Program-made: the position numbers and the translations under genes
Assembly (NCBI GenBank): GCA_937899865.1
Contig: CALBRH010000025.1
Span: forward strand, 32,001 to 96,000
DNA length: 64,000 bases
Source of the DNA: an uncultured euryarchaeote
GTDB taxonomy: Archaea; Thermoplasmatota; Poseidoniia; Poseidoniales; Poseidoniaceae
Reading direction: 5' to 3'
In this document: positions 20,101 through 30,142 of the stretch, one piece after another
Position numbering within the stretch: the first letter of the stretch is position 1
Layout: every line of letters starts with the position of its first letter
The notes under the pieces: generated by a model
What the model saw: only the letters and a program-made list of their open reading frames with translations
Databases searched by the model: none
What the model was told of the DNA's origin: nothing

Positions 20101-21501
20101 TCAGTAATCTGGCAAGATTAACTCAACTGCAAATAACGGGTCAGGGTCAGTAGAATCATGATATGCTACAACTACTCCTCCGTCGTTTAGAATTGCTAAA
20201 GAAGCAAAGTCGAATCGAATATCATTTCCTGCACCTGAAGTAGAATCTAGATCGCCTTGACCTATGTAAGTCAAGGTATCAGGTGACATGTCTTGGGAGT
20301 AACCTCTAACATGGTATACAGTATCGACATCAGGCCCTTCAGAGCTTTGATACCTAACATTCAACACAAATAGGTCTAATTCGCCATTGGCTTGGAATTC
20401 CCACTCTTCAATTTGAGTTGCCTGTTCATTCAATTCGTAAGTATAATTCATCCAAGTCATTGCGCCATCATCTGACATATAATGGGTAAAAGATGTACCA
20501 GTATTTGCTACACAATGTATTATTCCTGCTGAATCAATTTGACAATATTCGCTAGGGAACTGAACAAATAATTCATTCCAAGATAGTGATGTGTCCATGA
20601 ATGCAGCATTGCCGTTGCTGTAATATGAGGGGAATACCAATCCACCACTTGGCATAGGAAACGCTCGCATTTCTTTGTGTGGCTTATTGACATCGTAGTA
20701 TGCTGGTAAGTTTGCCTCAGTGAAATCTAGATCGAGTTCAACCTCTGGGTCACCACCACTGCGGTCAGGAAATTGGAATGGATAATAGTTCAAACCATCA
20801 ACACTAATTTGCCCACCAGCATTCATTGACTGATGCCAAAAGTTTGACACAACAATGCTTGCCCATTCACCATTACCCAAGGTTGACTCAATAGGCCCAA
20901 TAACCTCAACTTGCCATGAACGGTCATAAAATGGTTCAGTAATTCTATTGTAGCACCATTTCCATTCATCTTCAGATTCATCATATAATATTGCATAGAA
21001 TTTGTCCAATTTTAGATCAGCACCTGGGTAAGGGAACCAAGACATTGAAATTATATCGCCATTGGTTGCTTGTACAATACTTCCTTCGCCCAATCCTTCC
21101 TGACCAGGATTGGTTGGAACGAAAGTCACACATTGTCCGACTGCAGGTAAAACTCCAGGGATGTAAGTATCCCATTCATGACCACGGTCAAGACTCCATA
21201 CAGGATATTCCCCACCTATGTTGAGTATTTGTCCATCGATTGTTGTAGCAAGGTAATGTTCACAGCAATTTCCTCCTTTTGACGCATCAAATACTGCCCA
21301 TGACATGTTAGTAGATTGATTGGTCCTCAAGTCAATAGTGGTGAATGGTCGTGGGGACTCGTGAGATGCGTTATCAATCAAGATATATTCTGTCCAAATA
21401 TTCTCGACAACTTCTTCTTCGACGAATGTTTCACCTTCGCCAAAACAACCTGCTAGCATTGTAGAAAGTGCTAGCAAAATCGCCAAGGTAATTCTTCGCA
21501 T
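20101..21501 (-). CDS. Lipoprotein with Asp-box (BNR)-like repeats, probable beta-propeller, function unknown
   Basis: Lipobox LAGC after ATG 21501; SLDRGHEW, SVDGLNY, SDDGAMTW. Confidence 0.6.
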   Translation of the reverse strand: MRRITLAILLALSTMLAGCFGEGETFVEEEVVENIWTEYILIDNASHESPRPFTTIDLRTNQSTNMSWAVFDASKGGNCCEHYLATTIDGQILNIGGEYPVWSLDRGHEWDTYIPGVLPAVGQCVTFVPTNPGQEGLGEGSIVQATNGDIISMSWFPYPGADLKLDKFYAILYDESEDEWKWCYNRITEPFYDRSWQVEVIGPIESTLGNGEWASIVVSNFWHQSMNAGGQISVDGLNYYPFQFPDRSGGDPEVELDLDFTEANLPAYYDVNKPHKEMRAFPMPSGGLVFPSYYSNGNAAFMDTSLSWNELFVQFPSEYCQIDSAGIIHCVANTGTSFTHYMSDDGAMTWMNYTYELNEQATQIEEWEFQANGELDLFVLNVRYQSSEGPDVDTVYHVRGYSQDMSPDTLTYIGQGDLDSTSGAGNDIRFDFASLAILNDGGVVVAYHDSTDPDPLFAVELILPDY

Positions 21502-21549
21502 GTTGGGTCTAAGTAGCACTCATGTTTGAATGCGTCGTTTATTAGATTT

Positions 21550-24500
21550 CTATGAAACTTTGAAGTAAATCTTAGCTTCATCAACCTCAAAATTCTCGAT
21601 TTCAGAATTAGGCGACTCACCATTTGGATAGAAAATTGCTGCATTTGCTCTTGTTTCAGAAATTATCCAATCTTGGTCAATCTTGAATAATTCTGGAGCA
21701 TTTTCCATCCATACTTCAAGTTCGATAGTTGCTTCAATTTCCAAGTTCAAATCTTTACGCTTGGCTTGAATTCTTCTTGTTATGTCACGGGCTAATCCCT
21801 TGGATAATAGTTCAGGAGTATCGTTCATGTCCAATACAAGGCTAACATGGTATGAATCATCACCTTGTCCAACTTGAATTGTAGATGCAGCAAAACCTGA
21901 TTTTTCAACACGCTTTACTTCAACATCACCCTCTTCTATTTGTATACCCATAATCTCCAAACTTCCAGCTTTGATTTGTTCAAGCATTGCCGCAGGGTCA
22001 TCTGCGTTACGAATCTCAGCAGCGATTGAATTTACATCGCCTCTTGCACGTGGTGCTAATGCTCTAAAGTTAGGAGCCAGTTCAATCTGTTGAAATCTAT
22101 CTAAGTCAGTCTCTATTGAAATATTTTCAACATTCAATTCCTCTGCTAATATATCATGGAATTCAGCCAAATCAGGACCAGAGACAATCCATCCATCTCC
22201 ACATGGCAATCTTTGTCTTCGTGATGCATCTACTCGAATTCGACGACCTGTTTCAGCAAGTTCTCGAACTAAATTCATTTTCTCTTCTAAATCAAGGTCT
22301 TGTGGAGGTAGGGTTGCAGTAGCATTTGCAGCCTCCTCATCCCATGAGTCAGCAGTAGCACCATCAAGGCTACCTGGTGTGCCAAGAGGCCAATCAGCCA
22401 AATGGACAGTTGAGCCAGCCAAGTTACGATAAATCACATCGACCATAAACGGGCTTACTGGTGCAACCAAGCGGCAAACAGTGGTTAGAACTTCATGCAG
22501 GGTGTTTTGACATGCGAGTTTGTCGGTATTTTCAGCCTCGTCCCATAATCTTCTGCGACTTCTTCGGACATACCAATTTGATAAATCATTGACTACAAAG
22601 TCTTCAAGTTCTCGACATGCTTTGTGGTAATTCCAATTAGTGAAACCATCATGATAGCCCTTTGCTACAGTTGCTAATCGAGATAAAATCCAACGGTCAA
22701 GAGGTGATCTTTGCTCTACTGTAATGTGGTTTGTTTCGGGGTCAAAGCCATCAAGAGCAGCATAATCAGCATGGAATTTGTAGATGTTCCATAGAGTCAA
22801 AAACATCTTGGCATAAGTTTCTCGCACACCATTAGGGTCGAATTTTAGTGGACTCCAAGGTGCTCCTGCGGTCACCATATACCATCTTGTAGCATCTGCC
22901 CCTTCTCGATTAAAATGGTCCCAAGGGTCGACAATATTGCCTTTTGATTTTGACATTTTCTTTCCTTCTGCATCAAGAATTAATCCTAAAGATAGACATC
23001 TCTTGTAAGCAGGTGAGTCAAATACAGTAGTTGAAACTGCTAACAAAGTGTAAAACCATCCACGTGTTTGGTCAACACCTTCACAGATGTAGTCAACAGG
23101 GAAAGATGAGTTGAAAGTTTCTCCACCATCGAAAGGATGATGCCATTGGGCAAATGGTGCACATCCTGAATCAAACCAACAATCCATGACAAATGGTTCT
23201 CTATGCATTGGTTTCCCATTATCGGAAAGTAAAGTGAATCCATCAACAATTGGCCGGTGAAGGTCAACATCGTCAGGGCATTCTGGATTTTTAAAACCAG
23301 CAGCATTAGCTTTAGCGACTTCTGCTTGCAATTCCTCGATTGAACCAATACATTTCATCTGTCCATCTTCACAACGCCATACAGGAAGTGGAGTGCCCCA
23401 ATATCTCTCTCTTGAGATTGCCCAATCTTTGACATTTCTAAGCCATTCACCGAATCTACCCTCGCCAACCCAATCAGGGGCCCATTCGACTCCATCATTG
23501 AATTCTAGTAGTTTTTCTTTAACGGCAGTCATACGAACAAACCATGAATCCATGGCATAGTATAGTAATGGATGGTCTGTTCTCCAACAATGTGGATAGT
23601 CGTGAAGGTAGGCTTTTTCACGGTATAAAAGTCCACTTTGAGGGCCTTTGCCATTGCTGCCATTAGGTGCAGATAACAAGTCAATAATTGTTTGATCACA
23701 TTCTTTGACATAACGTCCATCAAGTTGTTCATGAATCCCTTCAACAAAGGCACCGTCCATTCCTACGGTATGGAATGCTGGGAGGCCTACTTCCATACCA
23801 AGATTATAGTCATCTTCACCATACATTACTGCGGTGTGAACTACGCCAGTACCATCGGTTGTTGTTACCCAATCTGCTGACAGAACTGTCCAAGCAGTCT
23901 CGGAATCGCCTCTTGGAACAGCACTTGGGAATAGAGGTTCGTAAGAGCGACCAACCAATTCACTACCAGGAAATTCTTCCACGATTTCGACATTGTGTCT
24001 CAAGACTTCCTTCATCAAATCTTTTGCTAAAATCATTGTTTCACCAATATCAGCACCACCAGAACCACTCCAATTTGCTGCAGCTTCAGAAACTCTAACT
24101 TTGACATAGGTTACATCAGGTCCAACAGCAAGGCCGACGTTACCTGGCAGAGTCCATGGAGTAGTTGTCCAAGCGAGAATAGATGAATCATCATCGGTTA
24201 GTTTGAATTTTACATAAACCGAAGGTTCCTCGACTTCTTTGTAGCCTAATGCTACTTCATGACTTGAATAAGAAGTACCTGTTTGAGGGCAGTATGGCAA
24301 TACTTTGTGGCCTCGATAAAGCAGTCCTTTGTCGAACATTTGCTTTAATGCCCACCAACATGATTCAACATAGTCATTGTCTAGAGTGACGTATGGATTA
24401 TCAAGGTCGACCCAATAAGCCATACGTTCTGTCATTTCACGCCATGCAGACTCATAAGTCCATACAGATTCTCGACAAGCCTGATTAAAATTGCTCATTC

Positions 24501-24837
24501 CGTATTCTTCAATGGCTTCATTGGACATTAGATCCATGCGCTTTTGGACTTCGATTTCAACAGGTAGGCCATGAGTATCCCAGCCACCTTTTCGTTCGAC
24601 CAAGAAACCTTCCATAGCTTTCCAGCGGCATACTAAATCTTTGTACGCACGTGCAACGACGTGATGTATTCCTGGCTTCCCATTAGCAGTTGGAGGACCT
24701 TCAAGAAAAATGAAAGGAGCGCCAGTTCTGCGTGATTCTATTGAATTTTGGAAGGCGTTTTCTTCACTCCATGTATTCAGTAGCGCAGTTTCAAGCGCAA
24801 CTGCGTCGAGTTCTCCGGCGGGTTTTGGCTTAGCCAT
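21550..24837 (-). CDS. ileS: Isoleucyl-tRNA synthetase, type 2
   Basis: EGPPTANGKPGIHH, GWDTHGLP, WTTTPWTLP, DWAISRERYWG, EGVDQTRGWFY, KMSKS; long IleRS2-type C-terminus. Confidence 0.97.
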   Translation of the reverse strand: MAKPKPAGELDAVALETALLNTWSEENAFQNSIESRRTGAPFIFLEGPPTANGKPGIHHVVARAYKDLVCRWKAMEGFLVERKGGWDTHGLPVEIEVQKRMDLMSNEAIEEYGMSNFNQACRESVWTYESAWREMTERMAYWVDLDNPYVTLDNDYVESCWWALKQMFDKGLLYRGHKVLPYCPQTGTSYSSHEVALGYKEVEEPSVYVKFKLTDDDSSILAWTTTPWTLPGNVGLAVGPDVTYVKVRVSEAAANWSGSGGADIGETMILAKDLMKEVLRHNVEIVEEFPGSELVGRSYEPLFPSAVPRGDSETAWTVLSADWVTTTDGTGVVHTAVMYGEDDYNLGMEVGLPAFHTVGMDGAFVEGIHEQLDGRYVKECDQTIIDLLSAPNGSNGKGPQSGLLYREKAYLHDYPHCWRTDHPLLYYAMDSWFVRMTAVKEKLLEFNDGVEWAPDWVGEGRFGEWLRNVKDWAISRERYWGTPLPVWRCEDGQMKCIGSIEELQAEVAKANAAGFKNPECPDDVDLHRPIVDGFTLLSDNGKPMHREPFVMDCWFDSGCAPFAQWHHPFDGGETFNSSFPVDYICEGVDQTRGWFYTLLAVSTTVFDSPAYKRCLSLGLILDAEGKKMSKSKGNIVDPWDHFNREGADATRWYMVTAGAPWSPLKFDPNGVRETYAKMFLTLWNIYKFHADYAALDGFDPETNHITVEQRSPLDRWILSRLATVAKGYHDGFTNWNYHKACRELEDFVVNDLSNWYVRRSRRRLWDEAENTDKLACQNTLHEVLTTVCRLVAPVSPFMVDVIYRNLAGSTVHLADWPLGTPGSLDGATADSWDEEAANATATLPPQDLDLEEKMNLVRELAETGRRIRVDASRRQRLPCGDGWIVSGPDLAEFHDILAEELNVENISIETDLDRFQQIELAPNFRALAPRARGDVNSIAAEIRNADDPAAMLEQIKAGSLEIMGIQIEEGDVEVKRVEKSGFAASTIQVGQGDDSYHVSLVLDMNDTPELLSKGLARDITRRIQAKRKDLNLEIEATIELEVWMENAPELFKIDQDWIISETRANAAIFYPNGESPNSEIENFEVDEAKIYFKVS

Positions 24838-24977
24838 GACCCTGCGAGATAGGTTTTTGTCTTGAATCTCACCCTTGAATTAGTGGTAAAATTATTTGTT
24901 AACAGATTATAACTCAATCTAGGTATATTGATTATTGTAACGGTATGTTTGAAGTCCTTTCATACCTACGGTTGTAC

Positions 24978-27900
24978 ATGTCCGCCGCTACATCTTGGCG
25001 TAGTGCCCTGTTTTTGGCCATTCTTATGGCAATTATCGGGCCTTTGCAAATGACAGGTAATATTACTGCTAATTCAGCAGAATTCACCACATTAGCAGAA
25101 GAAAATACAGTTAAGTTTTCAACGATTGGAAATGACGAATTTATTCAATTGATTGGCGATGGCGCTGTTAACAATGATTTCACTGTTGAAGTTCCAAGCA
25201 CATCTCCAATTTCAGATTTGCAACTTAGCATTGAGCCATCTGTCATGCAAACACATTATGGATTCGTATGGAATAGTGATGCGATTTGGTCAAATGCAGA
25301 TGCTACTAAAAATGGAACAGTTGTTGAGGTGAATTCACTAACTGGTTCAACAGCAGGAACCATCTGGGATTTCAATACTGGATTACAAGGCTGGACTGTA
25401 TCGAACCCAACCTTTGTTGGCCGATATACCAATACTTGTGGTGTTAATGGAACTTCAGGTGGTTCAATAAAGACTCAAGCGAATTATAACGCGCCTCATC
25501 ATGCGACTTCACCGCGAGTTAATCTTGCTGGCGCTCAAAGCATGCCTTTACATGCTTGGGTTTTACAAGGCTCCTTTAATTGTGGAGAAGAGCCAGATAC
25601 TAATGAAGATCTCCAAATTCAATATATTACTTCCAGTGGCAACTGGGTTACATTGAATACATGGGCAGGCTCAACATCAGGAGGGACCGCTCAGCAATGG
25701 TCAACCAATTTGCCTGCTGCTGCACTTCATTCGGCCACTCAAATTAGAATCAACCAAGTAAGTGGTTCAGGTGCGAGTGGTACATGTTGTGATTTTTGGT
25801 TTGTTGACGATGTTCATTTAGCATCTCCACCGGAATCTCACTGGATAAGTCCGACAATCGGTTGGGGGCAAGGTGCAGTACAACCGGTTTCAAGAAGCAC
25901 ATACGCACCAATATATCTCGATGCTGTCATTCCTCAAGGCGCTTTCCTAAATTGGTCAATACTTGATGCAAACGGTGTTGAAATCATGGGCGCCTCTGGT
26001 AGTAATGATGCTATGATACCACTCAATATGATAGATTATGAAGCGTATCCGTTGATAAGACTAAAATTAGAGTTTAGAGGTTCGCCTATCGGCACAGGAA
26101 TTCCTATTCTACATTCGATTGCTGGAGACGGACAGATTCATACAAATTTCAGAGGTAGTATCCTAAATCAAGATTGGGAAGCTGCTTGTATGCAAGGTGG
26201 AACAGTTTCTTTTACAACAGGGGCAACTGCAACTGCGGATTGTAACTTGACTTCACCTTGGTATAACCCTCTAAGTCCCGCCAAAGGGATTACAGGAAAC
26301 ATAGAACTAACTAACGGAATTTTACAAATTCGTTATTCCGATTCGGCTAATTGGACTAATTTGACTTCTCCTACATTTACCGATCAAAATGACGAAACAA
26401 TATACCGGTATCAATTACGTGTGATTCATGATAATTCAAGTACAAATTCATGGAAATCTAGTTCACTTTCGTGGACATTACTAAGCGGTAAACATCCAGC
26501 TGAACCTGCTATTGACTTTAATCAGGATGGATTTGTAGAATGGGGTGGCAGCGATAACAGAGTTGGCTCATGGGGCTGGCAAGACCGATTTGAAAATGGA
26601 GAAGAGATAATCTCAGTCACACCAGGGATTTCCGGAAGCGATAGTGTATCTGCATGGTTGCCACGAGACAATATCCAATCTTTTTCAGTCGGCGTGATGG
26701 CAGAGACTGGAGTGCTTACTGGAATATATTTGAGAGTTGCCAATCAACTGATTGCTAATTGGTCATATGATAGTGTCAAAAGTGCATACATTACACTAAA
26801 TTCATCTCAACTTTACGCATTGAGTTATGCTGCCTCTACGGCATCTAGTGTTGGATTCTTAGGGTCTAATTTCGTGCAAATGGATTTTGAAGTCACCGGA
26901 ACTGGTGGCATGAAGATGGCAGGATTATCTGTTCCTTATCCTGTATCTGTATATCTTGACTCTGATCAACAATCACCGATGGTTTTGGGTATTAATGATG
27001 CAAGATCAACTCTTTCAGATGTTAATGGCCAGCACATTATCCCAGTCCCATTTGTCTCAGATACAGCAGGTGGAATGATGGTTACTCTTGATGGAGTAAA
27101 TTATTCATCCGATGTAGAGGTATTAAATTCCTATATGGAAGACCCAGTGCAAGTAATTACTACTAGCCAAAAATGGCATACAATGCACACTAATTTCAAA
27201 GTTAGTGCTTCGAATCCAGGTCTAGTTAGGCTCGATGTAGTCGGTGATAACAATCATGCAACATGGTTAATTCCAAGCGGGGGAGGTTCTCCAATTGGGC
27301 AAGGAGATAGCGAATTAGTAGAATTACATCCAACAAAATGGCTTAATTTCACTCAAAACGGTGATGACGTTAGTGTTGCGGTAAAATATCGAATTGAGCC
27401 AGGATGGGATGATGAAGAATATTTAACTGCATCAACAAGATTGGTTCTCTCCAACGGTGTAGTCTCAATTCCAGCAACCCATTCTTGGGGCAGCACTACC
27501 GGTGGCTCCAAAGCGTTGGAAAACGATTTGGAAATAAAAAGTGTCACATTTTCAACAGAACTTGGCGAATTGCCGAGTGATGAATATTATCTGCCAGCAG
27601 GGCAAGATGTTGATATTTCAGTCGATATTGGATTTGAAGGCTTGACTGGTAGTGAATCATTTGCCGATGGAGATGCATTGTTGTCATTGTATCAAGGCAG
27701 TAATGAAATTGCTAATACTACAATGCTTGATGTTGATATGTGGAATTATACCGATACAGTACCATTCACTAATGGAGTTCTAGATTGGCGAGTTGAAGTT
27801 GTATCACTTGCTGGCGGAGGAGTTACTGATGACGCAGTGCAAGAGAGAACGTTCTTTGCTGATTCTGTAGTTCCATCTGTTTATTGGTCTAGTGTTGCAG

Positions 27901-30137
27901 CATACGATCACAGAGTTCCATCTTCCACTCAAACAATCCAAGTACAAATTACCGACCAACCATTACTTCCTTCAAACATTGAAGCAATGGTTTGGCGAGA
28001 GTGGGTTAACGATTATGACTTCAATGGTCAACCAAGTCCAGATGAGTATGAGTCTTTCTCAAATGTATTGCTGCCTAATGATATGACTGCTTTTGTTGGG
28101 CAATACACAATATTGCTTGACGATAGTGGCGGTGTTATTGGTGACAAAGTTGCCGTTTATCTAACGGGTAATGACGCCGCTGGCCATCCACTAGAAGATA
28201 ATGGAACTGGTGAACAAGGAGACCACCTCTTCATGTATCAATTGAAGGCTGATGGTCCACCATCAATTCCTACTGCAGCATTTACTTGGGAAGGAGGTAG
28301 ACAGACATGGCTTCACCCAATGATAACTTATGAATTCGATGTCATGATGAATGAACCTAATGGTGGCTCTGACTTAAGCGTCGTCGAAGTTCAATTAGCC
28401 TCACAGCAAAATAGTGATCAGTTGCCGATTTCTTGGGATTTCATGACCGGAGATTGTACTACGACTAGTCCACATTTAGTTATCGAAGATTGTCAAATGG
28501 TTGGGCAAGATGGAATTGCAGGTCCATATGAAGAAGACATAACATTGAATGTAGAATTCCATTTGCTTTGGACGATACCAGATTTAGGTGATACCAAACG
28601 TGAACCTAAATTGATTGTAATGGACCGTGCAGGTAATACCGACCAACAATCTTTCCCAACTTTGAGATGGCGTTCTTCTGGCGACATGTATATCCCTGAC
28701 GAAACTATTCAACTAATTATCAATCAAGGAACTGTTGTAGAAGATGGTGCGAGAATTGCTCCAAGTAGTTCTTTTGAAGTATCTGGAGATGTATTATTCC
28801 AAGAAACCAATACAAGACCTGACTTTGATTGTCCTGTTAGTGTAATGTTTGATGGAGTCACCTATCCAACTACTGCAATCGATGGTTCATGGACTGCGGT
28901 TGTGACAGCTTCAGAAAACTCAGGCAAGAAAGCATTGACATGGGGTATAGATTGTATATCTGGGCAAGGAAATGATGCCACAGATGAGTCAGACAATAGG
29001 TGGATTTTGATAGACGGAACAGGACCTACTCCAGTTGAAATTATTAATCCAAGACCTAATACGATTCTCGAAACTGAGGTGTATGAGGTAAGAGTTGCAA
29101 TCAATGAAGAAGGTGGACTTGATGTCGAATCATTACAACTTGAGTGGTGGGTTGAAGACGCAGATACAGGAGATAGATTAGTCAGTGGTTTTGAGACTAT
29201 GATGCTTGAGGGCGATGATATAGAAGGGACACAACTGGAAGTTTATGCCAATGTTGATTTGTCAGAGATTACTGACACTATGATAGAAAAACGACTAATA
29301 TTGTTCATTAAGATAAATGGAAGAGACCTTGCTGATAATGCAATAACTGGAATGAACGGCGCACCGTCTGGTAGCCAAATCGCTCAATGGGATCTTGAGT
29401 GGTTGAGGCCAGAATTCACTATTGGACCACTTGATGTGTCATATACTCGATTGATTCTTGAAGTTGGACAATCAACTTCAGTTCAAGCTCTTGTTAGTAA
29501 TATTGGTTCATTGGACGGAACTGTAGATGCTACTGCCTATGTCGTAAGATTAAACGGTACTAAAGAGGTCTTACAGAGGCCAAACATGGAGATTCCTGCA
29601 GAAGGAAAGGGACTAATCTCCATAGATTGGGTCCCAACAACTGAAGGTATACAGTGGATTGAAGTTGAACTTGATAATGGTCAAACAGCCAAAGGCCCAA
29701 CAGTAGATGTTCGACCTGCGAGAGAACAGGGTTTTGTCGAGAACTTATTCGGTGATGTAAATCCAATTATCGGATCGGTAGTAGCGCTCATTTTCGTCTC
29801 AATTATTGCGACTTTACTGATTTGGGCAAGAAAGGCAACGAGAGGTAGAGGCTCTCGTTCTGAATATGATTGGGATGAATATTCATCTGAAATCGATTAT
29901 GATGACTACGATGATTACGAAGATGAAGGTGTAACTGAATACGAAGAACAGCGGTCAATCGAACCTGCTGCATCAGTAAGTGCTGCTTCAGCAGCCTTAA
30001 CCGGTGGATCAGAGGCTACTACTGAAGAAGAAAACGATTGGGTAATGGGCGCTGACGGTTACTGGTGGTACCATGACAAAGATACAAATGAATGGTGGTA
30101 CAAAGACGAGAATGGCGACATTGTCAAATTTAGTTAA
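24978..30137 (+). CDS. Giant (about 1720 aa) secreted, C-terminally anchored surface protein with a Reelin-repeat-like domain
   Basis: Signal peptide from ATG 24978; beta-rich acidic body; CARDB-like domain near the C-terminus; TM IIGSVVALIFVSIIATLLIWA; acidic tail and Trp-rich end. Confidence 0.75.
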   Translation: MSAATSWRSALFLAILMAIIGPLQMTGNITANSAEFTTLAEENTVKFSTIGNDEFIQLIGDGAVNNDFTVEVPSTSPISDLQLSIEPSVMQTHYGFVWNSDAIWSNADATKNGTVVEVNSLTGSTAGTIWDFNTGLQGWTVSNPTFVGRYTNTCGVNGTSGGSIKTQANYNAPHHATSPRVNLAGAQSMPLHAWVLQGSFNCGEEPDTNEDLQIQYITSSGNWVTLNTWAGSTSGGTAQQWSTNLPAAALHSATQIRINQVSGSGASGTCCDFWFVDDVHLASPPESHWISPTIGWGQGAVQPVSRSTYAPIYLDAVIPQGAFLNWSILDANGVEIMGASGSNDAMIPLNMIDYEAYPLIRLKLEFRGSPIGTGIPILHSIAGDGQIHTNFRGSILNQDWEAACMQGGTVSFTTGATATADCNLTSPWYNPLSPAKGITGNIELTNGILQIRYSDSANWTNLTSPTFTDQNDETIYRYQLRVIHDNSSTNSWKSSSLSWTLLSGKHPAEPAIDFNQDGFVEWGGSDNRVGSWGWQDRFENGEEIISVTPGISGSDSVSAWLPRDNIQSFSVGVMAETGVLTGIYLRVANQLIANWSYDSVKSAYITLNSSQLYALSYAASTASSVGFLGSNFVQMDFEVTGTGGMKMAGLSVPYPVSVYLDSDQQSPMVLGINDARSTLSDVNGQHIIPVPFVSDTAGGMMVTLDGVNYSSDVEVLNSYMEDPVQVITTSQKWHTMHTNFKVSASNPGLVRLDVVGDNNHATWLIPSGGGSPIGQGDSELVELHPTKWLNFTQNGDDVSVAVKYRIEPGWDDEEYLTASTRLVLSNGVVSIPATHSWGSTTGGSKALENDLEIKSVTFSTELGELPSDEYYLPAGQDVDISVDIGFEGLTGSESFADGDALLSLYQGSNEIANTTMLDVDMWNYTDTVPFTNGVLDWRVEVVSLAGGGVTDDAVQERTFFADSVVPSVYWSSVAAYDHRVPSSTQTIQVQITDQPLLPSNIEAMVWREWVNDYDFNGQPSPDEYESFSNVLLPNDMTAFVGQYTILLDDSGGVIGDKVAVYLTGNDAAGHPLEDNGTGEQGDHLFMYQLKADGPPSIPTAAFTWEGGRQTWLHPMITYEFDVMMNEPNGGSDLSVVEVQLASQQNSDQLPISWDFMTGDCTTTSPHLVIEDCQMVGQDGIAGPYEEDITLNVEFHLLWTIPDLGDTKREPKLIVMDRAGNTDQQSFPTLRWRSSGDMYIPDETIQLIINQGTVVEDGARIAPSSSFEVSGDVLFQETNTRPDFDCPVSVMFDGVTYPTTAIDGSWTAVVTASENSGKKALTWGIDCISGQGNDATDESDNRWILIDGTGPTPVEIINPRPNTILETEVYEVRVAINEEGGLDVESLQLEWWVEDADTGDRLVSGFETMMLEGDDIEGTQLEVYANVDLSEITDTMIEKRLILFIKINGRDLADNAITGMNGAPSGSQIAQWDLEWLRPEFTIGPLDVSYTRLILEVGQSTSVQALVSNIGSLDGTVDATAYVVRLNGTKEVLQRPNMEIPAEGKGLISIDWVPTTEGIQWIEVELDNGQTAKGPTVDVRPAREQGFVENLFGDVNPIIGSVVALIFVSIIATLLIWARKATRGRGSRSEYDWDEYSSEIDYDDYDDYEDEGVTEYEEQRSIEPAASVSAASAALTGGSEATTEEENDWVMGADGYWWYHDKDTNEWWYKDENGDIVKFS

Positions 30138-30142
30138 CCACG

